Shown here piece after piece: positions 50,889-60,994 of a stretch of DNA of 64,000 nt (within the stretch, counting starts at the first letter, position 1; each line of letters begins with the position of its first letter). Below the pieces are notes generated by a model, which was given only the letters and a program-made list of their open reading frames with translations, did no database searches and was not told where the DNA came from. The DNA is from Camelus dromedarius (lineage: Eukaryota): positions 74,960,001 through 75,024,000 of the forward strand of contig NC_087437.1 of NCBI RefSeq assembly GCF_036321535.1. The letters are read 5' to 3'. A program made the translations under genes and the position numbers.

Positions 50889-52367
50889 AGTGCGGCATCT
50901 TCAGACACAGCGAGTTACCTACCCCGCCTTACACGATGTGTTACCCGGTAGTTCACTCGCAGAAATCCACAGCAACATGCTGCCTTGAATGTGTCCCATC
51001 TAGTCAGCCTGCAGACACCTCTTCCAGAAAGAGAATTCAGTTGTAAGGAACTCGGGGCACTGTTGGGTGGAAGGAAGAAAAAGTCTTAAAACAGGCTGAC
51101 TGGGTTTCAGTCCTGAACCCACCCACACCCCCGTTTTGCTGCTTGAATTAGCTGATTTAACCTCTCTGAAAAACGGCTTTCTCTTCTGTAAAAATAGGAG
51201 TAATAAGGCAGCCTGTAAGGCTGTTGTTAGAACGAGAGAGAATGCATGGAAAGTGACCAGAACAATGGGACGTGGGCTTTTCCCCATTTTAAAAATACAT
51301 ATATTAATAGTCATACTTGGTAATAATAAAACAATAATTTTCATATGAATATCAGCTTTAGAGTTTAACTTTCTAACTTCATTTCAAGTTGATCAGATCT
51401 TTAAAATCAACTGATTTATGGCATCACCTGGAGACCATAATTTCCACCTGTGGCTTTTCTGTTGTGCAGAAGCACATGACCGTTTCCCTTATTTTTTTAT
51501 TAGACTTCTCAAGTTTCATCTCTTTAGTAGGGAAGAACTAGCTTTTAAAAGTCTTCTTATGCTTTATAATTGTAAAAAGTATGTCTTAGTTTCTGTACAT
51601 TTTAGAGACCATGAAAAAGCTTAAAATTGAAGTCTCTGTAAATTTTTTCTTTCTCATTTGAACCCCCAACTATGAAATGACTTAACATATGAATGGGGCC
51701 AAACTCCCTTAGGAGCCTGAGAAACTGTCATTCCTCCATGTCTTGGTCCCCGCTTATCTCTCCCCTATAATCTACTCCATCCGAAAAACATGATACATAA
51801 ACCTATAAACGCACTGGGATTAAAATTATTTTTGTACACAGGCTCCCACACCCTCCTCCTGAGGCTCATTGGACTGGCTTTTTCTGTGCCCTGTTTTCCT
51901 CCCTCCAACCTCAAAGGAGGATCCTGCCATTGCCAAACTCATTTTTAAGGACTTTGTGGGGCAGAATTATGAGGAGGATTGGCAGGATAAAAGAATGGAA
52001 CGTTCTCATGGAGCTTGGCGGTGGAGATTGCTGAAGTCTGAGCAGCAGGGTGTGTGCAGAGGAGCAGACGGGAGAGGAAGGGGGTGTTGTGAAGAAACCC
52101 ATAAATTTCTTGCAACTCATGTTTGTTCCAGAAATGAAAGTAAAGCCTTGCTGTTACTTGGAAATTAATTTTTGATGGCTGGGTTGTAGTCGTAGGACTG
52201 TGTCATTATTCTGAGACTGAACCATGTGGGTCATAATTTTCCTAATTAGTTTTAATAAGGTTATATAAATTCAAATGAGAGTAAGCCACAATCACAAAAG
52301 CCACTTGGAGAGATGGTTGGATGTTAATATCACCTACAGAGACCTGGATTAGAGAGACAGCTTAGGT

Positions 52368-52535
52368 CTGTGGTTCCCAAATCTTAGGATACATGAGACT
52401 CATTTATTAAAATGCCAACTCTTGAACCCCATCCCAGGTAGTTTTGATGCTTTGTTGGGGTGGGAGGAGGTCTAGGAAGCCACATATTTCATTGTCCCCT
52501 CGTGATTCTGATGCAGAGTTTATGAACTCCACTCT
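52368..52535. mobile_element. MER5-like hAT fragment
   Basis: gtggttcccaaa...aaaatgcca...gtgattctgatgcag. Confidence 0.55.
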
Positions 52536-55054
52536 GGCTCAAGGCCAAGAAGTGTCAGACTTCTCCGGACAGTTCTACGTGCCACGGGGGCTCCTGTAAT
52601 TCAACCACACAAGTATAAACGGTGTTCCCTTGGGTCGCCCCAGAGAAAAGTCTTGGACATTCTCTATTGCATGCTTCGTGTCACATTTGCAGATGGCTCA
52701 CCTTCTCTGTGGCTCTTCAATCTCCCCCTCCCATCCTTGAAACTTATAGATTAACTGAAGACAAGAATTGTTTTCTTCTGTTTTACAGAATAAGCGTTTA
52801 CTTTAAAACCCTCTCCAACACAAGCTATTAAATTACCTTTGCCAGAGTTGTTTTTGCCAATGCAAATTTCTACAGAATCTTGATAGAACGATAATTGGAA
52901 AGAAGAGTTGGCTGAGGACTGTAAGGATTAATTTGCTGACTGCATACCAGGATGCTGCAGTGAAAACAGGAAATGTTTTGCTTGCAGGAGTTTTTGAAAG
53001 AGGTTGCATTTGTCCAAGTAGAAAGATTTCCTCATCCATAATCGAACTTTGGCTGTAGCCAGGTTGTCCATTTTTAAACCACACAATGAAAATATTTATG
53101 CTCATCTCCTGGTGGGGTTTGCCCAGAGCTTTCAGAGCCTGGATTGGAAGGTGTTAGGACCACCCACCCACTGTGCCTCATTATAAAATACCAAATATTC
53201 TAAGGAAAACATTGCTTAATCTAGCCTATTGCCATTCATCATGCAAGTGGCACTGAAAACTGTGACCACTGAAGTGGGACTCATAATGTGAAACGAGTCA
53301 TCATGAAATATACAGTTTAACGGATGCACTGGAGTATCAAGTTTCCAACAAGCCAGCTCAGTCTTCGCAGAGAGGATGTTTTTGTGACTTTTTGGTAAGT
53401 ATGCACAATAACCACACATGAAGTGATTGTCTTGTTTGGTCAGCCCTGGAGACGCAGGAGTAAGACCTCGGAGCAGATGTACCCGTGGTTAGATACCGTT
53501 CCACCCAGCTTACATCCTCCAAACCTGCCAGTCCCGTTTCTGAGAAATAGTGGTTGTGTCCCACCAAATCTGGAGATATGATATCCTGACATCATCTTAA
53601 ACTTCATCTCTATAATAATGTATTTCCTCACCTCAGCCATAGCTGTACTAGGAATTAAGAAGGTGGAGTGGTTGTGAGCAGTAGGAAAAAAAGATGGAGA
53701 AAACTTCCTTCAGGAGCCTTCAACCAGACTCTCATCTGTTAGCAGAAGTCTTATCTCTTATAACACATAAATTATTGATAGAGTAAAGATTCCTGTTGTA
53801 AGAAACAAAAATCTAATACCCAAAGGTAGTGAAATGATTTTTAAATATTTTCGCACTTTATTTCTGACTATCCACATTGTAGAAAATTTTAATGTATGAT
53901 ACATTATGAGGGCAATGCTATAAGATTTACACACTGGCTTCCAATATCTGAGAGACTGCAGTTGTCTTCAAAAAAACCAAAACCAAAACCAAAACCAAGC
54001 CATTAACCAGCCAAACAGGCTTTGCTCTACATCCAGAACTGCAGATAGTTCCTCAGTTGTTTTTGTTATAAACTCGGTTGAACTAGACTCCAAAGCTTAA
54101 GTTTGACTCAAATCAAACACGTATTACTTTAGACCTATAAGCCTAAAGCCCTTTATCTTCAAGGGAAAGGTGTACTTATGTCACATCCTGTTTTGTGAAT
54201 AGGACTTGACATCCCAAATATTTTAAAGAGAATGCAGGAAATGGTGTGTTTTCCTGGGCTGAATGTGCTGCTACTGGCAGCCAAGCCACGTGGGAGAATG
54301 GCAGGGGGCAGGTCACCCGCTCCCCAGAGCTGGCCGCCTTTTTAATACAGTTGAGCTTTCGGCTGAGCAAGGTTTGACCTGTATGATTCTTAAGAATGAA
54401 TGACCCAGGCTGTTTCTGTTTCAACTGAGAATATTTTATCGATTTCAAACGGGATGATGGGACCTACCTACACTTGTAACCCTTCAACAACCTTTCCTAA
54501 GATTGAATGTGACAAAATCTTTGTAAAAAAGCTCATCAGTTTTGATTCATAACTGAACATGATGCTGTTAAAAGGAATCCTGGAGAATAGCCATCCAAAA
54601 ACTTCAACCAGTTTTTCTAAAATAGAGTACAGAATTCAGCTATCTGATCTATTTCCCTTCAGTTAAAAAATTGGTATTTGGACTTCTCCACGAGTAGAGG
54701 ACACAGCCTGAAGGGGTCCAGGAGAAAAAAGCCCCTTTTGGGTGCTTAGTGGTGAGGACTTAGCCTTCCATCATGGCATGTGGGAATCTTTTTTTTTTTT
54801 TTTTTTTTTGGTCGTAAGAAGTAGATATTTTCTCTAAAAAGGTACTCACGTATTTGTTTAAAATTACTTGTATCTATACACTTTACCCATGTATTTTTTT
54901 TTTAAATAAAGTGCCAGGGCAAAGTTTTATGCCAAAATACTGTGGGTTGTGTTTAAATTGTACTCAAGGTCCTGCTTATGAATGATGACTTCTCAAATAA
55001 AAAATAATTGGTCTTCTTAAATATTTATTTCCCTTTCCACCTTGCTTTCCATCA

Positions 55055-55209
55055 AATGGATTTGCTGACTTTTCAGAGTTTATTGCTGCTGTAAATCTAG
55101 TAGCACAAGGGAAAAAAAATGAAGTAAAAATTAAAATGTTATTTTAAGCTGTATGTTGTTGATGGAAATGGTTCTACTGACAAAAGAGAACTACTGAACA
55201 ATCCTCATG
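55055..55209 (+). pseudogene. GUCA1C: GUCA1C pseudo-exon 2 (~155 bp vs 150 expected)
   Basis: NGFADFSEFIAAVNLVAQGK/(+4 A)/MK*KLKCYFKLYVVDGNGSTDKRELLN/(+1)/ILM|GTcagt; acceptor AG absent (ttccatcaa); TAA 55125-55127. Confidence 0.92.
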
Positions 55210-56573
55210 GTCAGTGAAGTAGTAAAATACCCTTTGCAGGACATCATGTAGTTAATTCAGTCTTCCTGTGGAGCTTGTGACGGTCCTCCACGTGGCCGGC
55301 TGTTCTCGGGATGCACGTCTGGAATGGCTGAGGAAATGTATGGTTCACTATCCTGTTGGTTACTGAGTGTATGGCTGCATAGCTTCCATGTGCCATCCAC
55401 TCTCAGGTGTACAAATTTAACAGTATTTAGATGAAAAATGAAATAAATGTGATGTTCTAAAACAACTTATCTTTTTCCTCTGCCTTGGTGCAGAAAGTCT
55501 TGTGGGGAGCAGCTAAAATACAAGGTTGTTTATATAGCAAGAGACATGGACTCAGAATAAAGGTACCTGAGGAGCTAATCTTTCTGGGAGCTTGACTGAA
55601 GTATTTCTCATAAATTGCTCAGGGATATCAGATCCTTTTCATCTCTAAAGTTCAAGGAGTTCCTTTATAAATATTACCCTCTACCCATCTACCAATGGAG
55701 TGAGGATAGTTTTAACCATGGTATGAGATAAAATGGATCCCAGAGCACAAGAAGTTAAGTGGGACACTGTACCTAAATAATGAAGTAAGATTAACATTAT
55801 GAGTGCAGTACACTGAATTTGCAACTCAGAATCAGATGTCCTTAGAAATGATCTGATCCAAATTTTCATTTATAGATGAAAGGAGCTGAGTCACAAACAT
55901 AATGCCTGGAATAAATGTTAGCAAAACTGCAAGGGAAAATCAATGGGTAGAACTACAATTAGAATGAAATATTGTAACAAATGGACAAAGCTGTGATCTA
56001 CAAATATACTTTCTATGTAATGGCAAGTAAGAAAACCAAAACAAAACCCCAGCAAGGTAAGGAATAATACAGACTTTATAAGTTCTCTTAACACTTGATA
56101 ACGCTGCATTAAAATGGAATTCAGCCCAGGTATTAAGAGATCTGAAGGAAGGACTAAATTGTAGGCAGGTTTTACAAAGGAAGTAGTTACATTTTAATTG
56201 TACTTGAAGAGCATGAAATGGTCAAGATGAAGGTTTTGGAGAAGGATTATTGGAGATAATTTCTTGTGAGAGCCCTCATGTCAATAGCATGGGGCTTTAA
56301 GGAGACCACTGAGATGTGGGTGTACAGTGCAGTTTAGGGAACACTGTACCGTGTTCCAGTGTTTGAATCCCACCTGAGAAATCTAAAGCAGACCATGCAG
56401 TGGAGCAGAGGGATGAAGTTTAGGATGTATCTGCATTCCTGGCATCTGTTGGGAAGCTTGGGTTTTTCCACGAATCAGCTATGGGCCATGGTTGAGGCAG
56501 CTGGCATAGAGTTGTCTTGGATCATGTTTGGTGAAGGAAAGAGACCTCAGAAGAAAGATGAAGGCAGACCTGG

Positions 56574-56796
56574 AGAGGTTCTCACCTATTTTGCACTTGA
56601 TCTCTCCCAGGGGACATTTGGCCAATTCCTGAGACATTTGGTTGTCAAGCGGAGAGGGAGGAGGGTGTGGAGCTACCACTATCTATTGTTTGGAGACCAG
56701 GGGTGTTACTAAACATTCTACAATGTACAGAACATTGGAGAACAAGAAAGAATTGCCTGGCCCAAAATATCAGTTGTGCAAGTGTTTCAAAACCAG
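56574..56796. mobile_element. MER20 hAT DNA transposon
   Basis: cccaggggacatttggc...gagacatttggttgtca...ctaaacattctacaatg...aaagaattgcctggcccaaaat. Confidence 0.8.
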
Positions 56797-56925
56797 ACTT
56801 GGAGCCTCAAGGGCTCAGCTGGAATCAAAAGTCATGATTCATGACTAGGGAGTTCAGGAGCATCTCAGTCATTAAAAAAAAAAAAAAGTGGGTGGGTAGG
56901 AGGCTCAGAGAAAGAGTGGTCTTTA

Positions 56926-59452
56926 TTTTTTTTTTTTAACATTTTTTATTGATTTATAATCATTTTACAATGTTGTGTCAAATTCCAGTGTTCAGCACAA
57001 TTTTTCAGTTATTCATGGACATATACACACTTATTGTCACATTTTTTTCTCTGTGAGTTATCATAACATTTTGTGTATATTTCCCTGTGCTATACAGTGT
57101 AGTCTATTCTACAATTTTGAAATCCCAGTCTATCCCTTCCCACCCTCCACCCCCCTGGTAACCACAAGTCTGTATTCTCTGTCTGTGAGTCTATTTCTGT
57201 CCTTTATTAACACTTTGTTTTTGTTTGTTTTTGTTTTTGTTTTTGTTTTTGTTTTTTAGATTCCACATATGAGCGATCTCATATGGTATTTTTCTTTCTC
57301 TTTCTGGCTTACTTCACTTAGAATGACATTCTCCAGGAGCATCCGTGTTGCTGCAAATGGCATTATGTTGTCGGTTTTTATGGCTGAGTAGTATTCCATT
57401 GTATAAATATACCACATCTTCTTTATCCAGTCACCTGTTGATGGACATTTAGGCTGTTTCCATGTTTTGGCTATTGTAAATAGTGCTGCTATGAACATTG
57501 GGGTGCAGGTGTCATCCTGAAGTAGATTTCCTTCTGGATACAAGCCCAGGAGTGGGATTCCTGGGTCATATGGTAAGTCTATTCCTAGTCTTTTGAGGAA
57601 TCTCCACACTGTTTTCCATAGTGGCTGCACCAGACTGCATTCCCACCAGCAGTGTAGGAGGGTTCCCCTTTCTCCACAGCCTCTCCAGCATTTGTCATTT
57701 GTGGATTTTTGAATGACGGCCATTCTGACTGGTGTGAGGTGATACCTCATTGTAGTTTTGATTTGCATTTCTCTGATAATTAGTGATATTGAGCATTTTT
57801 TCATGTGCTTTTTGATCATTTGTATGTCTTCCTTGGAGAATTGCTTGTTTAGGTCTTCTGCCCATTTTTGGATTGGGCTGTTTATTTTTTTCTTATTGAG
57901 TCATATGAGCTGCTTATATATTCTGGAGATCAAGCCTTTGTCGGTTTCACTTGCAAAAATTTTCTCCCATTCCATAGGTTTTCTTCTTGTTTTATTTCTG
58001 GTTTCCTTTGCTGTGCAGAAGCTTGTAAGTTTCATTAGGTCCCATTTGTTTATTCTTGCTTTTATTTCTTCTAGGAGAAAATTTTTGACATGTATGTCAG
58101 ATAATGTTTTGCCTATGTTTTCCTCTAGGAGGTTTATTGTATCTTGTCTTATGTTTAAGTCTTTAATCCATTTTGAGTTGATTTTTGTATATGGTGTAAG
58201 GGAGTGTTCTAGCTTCATTGTTTTACATGCTGCTGTCCAGTTTTCCCAACACCATTTGCTGAAGAGACTGTCTTTATTCCAATGTATATTCTTGCCTCCT
58301 TTGTCAAAGATGAGTTGACCAAAAGTTTGTGGGTTCATTTCTGGGCTCTCTATTCTGTTCCATTGGTCTATATGTCTGTTTTGGTACCAATACCATGCTG
58401 TCTTGATGACTGTAGCTCTATAGTATTGTCTGAAGTCTGGGAGAGTTATTCCTCCAGCCTCTTTCTTTCTCTTCAGTAATGCTTTGGCAATTCTAGGTCT
58501 TTGATGGTTCCATATGAATTTTATTATGATTTTTTCTAGTTCTGTGAAATATGTCCTGGGTAATTGGATAGGGATTGCATTAAATCTGTAGATTGCCTTG
58601 GACAGTGTGACCATTTTAACAATATTGATTCTTCCAATCCAAGAGCATGGAATATCTTTCCATTTTTTTTAGTCTTCTTTAATTTCCTTCATCAATGGTT
58701 TATAGTTTTCTGTGTATAATTCTTTCACCTCCTTGGTTAGATTTATTCCCAGATATTTTATTACTTTGGGTGCTATTTTAAAGGGGATTGTTTCTTTACT
58801 TTCTTCTTCTGTTGATTTATTGTTAGTGTAAAGAAATGCAACTGATTTTTGAACGTTAATTTTGTAACCTGCTACCTTGCTGAATTCTTCAATCAGCTCT
58901 AGTAGCTTTTGTGTGGACCTTTTAGGGTTTTCTATATATAGTAACGTCATCAGCATATAATGACACTTTTACCTCTTCTTTTCCAATTTGGATCCCTTTT
59001 ATTTCTTTCTCTTGCCTGACTGCTGTGGCTAGGACTTCCAGGACTATGTTGAATAGGAGTGGTGATAGTGGGCATCCTTGTCTTGTCCCAGATTTTAGTG
59101 GGAAGCTTTTGAGTTTTTCACCGTTGAGTACTATGCTGGCTGTAGGTTTGTCATATATAGCTTTTATTATGTTGAGATATATGTTCCCTCTATACCCACT
59201 TTGGCGAGAGTTTTTACCATAAATGGGTGTTGAATTTTATCAAATGCTTTTTCTGCATCAATTGAGATGATCATGTGGTTTTTGTCCTTTCTCTTGTTGA
59301 TGTGATGTATTACACTGATTGATTTGCGTATGTTGAACCAGCCTTGTGTCCCTGGGATGAACCCCACTTGGTCATGATGTATAATCTTTTTTATGTGTTG
59401 TTGGATTCTATTTGCTAAAATTTTGGTGAGGATTTTGGCGTCTATGTTCATC
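56926..59452 (-). mobile_element. 5'-truncated LINE-1 (~2.5 kb): ORF2 RT and C-terminal region, 3' UTR, poly(A)
   Basis: ORF2 peptides ([10 protein letters not shown]...[22 protein letters not shown] at 58946-58957; [18 protein letters not shown]) broken by several frameshifts; perfect TSD aaagagtggtcttta at 56911-56925 and 59453-59467. Confidence 0.98.
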
Positions 59453-60907
59453 AAAGAGTGGTCTTTAAACATCAGCCATCCACAGAGCTCTGAAACTAGG
59501 TAATCATGACCACACCTGCCAAGTCAGGGCTCTCCTGCTCCCCTTATCTCACCTACCTCCTCCCCTTTTCTCTCCTACCTGCTCCTGCTCACATTCAGGG
59601 GTCAGAGAAGGGCTCAGCAAAATGAGGGAAAAGAGTAGATGTACTCAGTGAGGGAGGGAGGAAGGAAGGAAGGAAACAAGCCACAGCCCCTTGCCCATCC
59701 CTCCACATGCTGCTTATACAAGAAGAGGGAAAATACAGGGCACACTGACAACTCCCTCCCTCCTTTCCACTCAGTCTTTCACTCTCACTTACTGCCTGGA
59801 GTTGGGTGATGGACAAATTCTAGAAATTTCATAATCTCTTATGACATATGCATGTAGTCTAGTATCTCTTCAGGATGTGGGAACACTGGATGTCCAGCTG
59901 AATTTCCTAGGCTTTGGGGGCCTCTGCCAAGACATTGAGAAACCTTAAAAATTTCCATCTAATAGGATGCTTACATGTCTGTAACTGTTACTGAGTATTA
60001 AGTGCGAGATCTCAGCTTTCTAAGGCCAAGAGTGGTGCTTTGTTGCTGTTAATTATGATTAATCCCTGGATTCAGGATTAGTAATGCTTGGGAAGCAGTG
60101 AGAGAGAGTTGTATTTGACTGTGCCTCTAATGGAAATAATTTGTCAACCGTTCTCCTAATGATTCATTCACATTCAATCAAGAAAGTTATGTTCAAATTC
60201 TCAGATGACTAGTCCATTCTCTCTCCCTCTCTTTTATTATGAATTTCTACATCAGATTTGGGTTATTTAATTGGATCACCTGGGGCAGGGGTAGGTGAGG
60301 TGGAAGGATGGTTAAATCTTCCCTCTAGGAATGCTGGGAATGTCATTTTTCCTGCATCCCCCGACGGCTTTTATGATGAAAAGATGTGGGCAGAGTGTGA
60401 GAAATTCAGTGTCCTTCCAAGGCATGCGTGTCTGTCTTCCCAGTTGATCACTCTGCAAGAGGGTACAAAAAATCAAAGGTGACAGCAGCAGAAGCCAGAG
60501 AGAAAGCATTAGGTGCTTACAGAACATCCTTTCATGTTCATCATAAGATCAGAGACAGTCACTCTAAAGTTGAGGACACTGTCCGTTGCCTGGGTCCAGA
60601 ATTCTTATGACAGTGACCGCTATGATTTTTTTTTCTTCAGTGGGCTCTTAGGATCTTTTGTTACTTAGAATGTAGACTAGATCCCTTAGTGCTGTACAAA
60701 ATAAAACTTCAGACTGTATTCAGTTCACTTAACTTCCAAGCCTCATTACCCAGAAATGACATAGAATCTTGTTTTTAACAACTGGAACAGGTTTCATATG
60801 TCAGTTTTGCTAAACATTTCCCCCAACTCTGTCACACTGGGGTAGAAATGTCACAAAATGAATTTGCTTCTGGAAAAGTTGAACTCTGATTTAATTTTTC
60901 TTTGCGG

Positions 60908-60994
60908 GTTATGTAAGCCCTCAATGGCCAGCAAACCTGAGTCCTGAAGAATTTACCAAATTGGTGTTTCATTAGATCCACGTAAATGGGGACA
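60908..60994 (+). pseudogene. GUCA1C: GUCA1C pseudo-exon 3 (87 bp vs 88 expected)
   Basis: Acceptor reads tttgcGG instead of cAG; VM*ALNGQQ/(-1)/LSPEEFTKLVFH*IHVNGD|GTgaat vs recalled human AVQALNGQQTLSPEEFINLVFHKIDINND; TAA 60914-60916, TAG 60973-60975. Confidence 0.92.

Larger units (their letters stand above)
35758..60994 (+). pseudogene. GUCA1C: GUCA1C (GCAP3) unprocessed/unitary pseudogene, exons 1-3; exon 4 not seen in window
   Basis: Three colinear exon remnants match recalled human GCAP3, in the syntenic position just downstream of MORC1; multiple stops, frameshifts and lost acceptors. Confidence 0.93.

Noticed and set aside
50534..50908. 124-aa and 110-aa GC-rich minus-strand ORFs as a gene or retrocopy
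   Set aside because: No recognisable protein family, no poly(A) or TSD; better explained as an LTR-like element
57758..58318. 186-aa + strand ORF
   Set aside because: Antisense frame of the L1 ORF2
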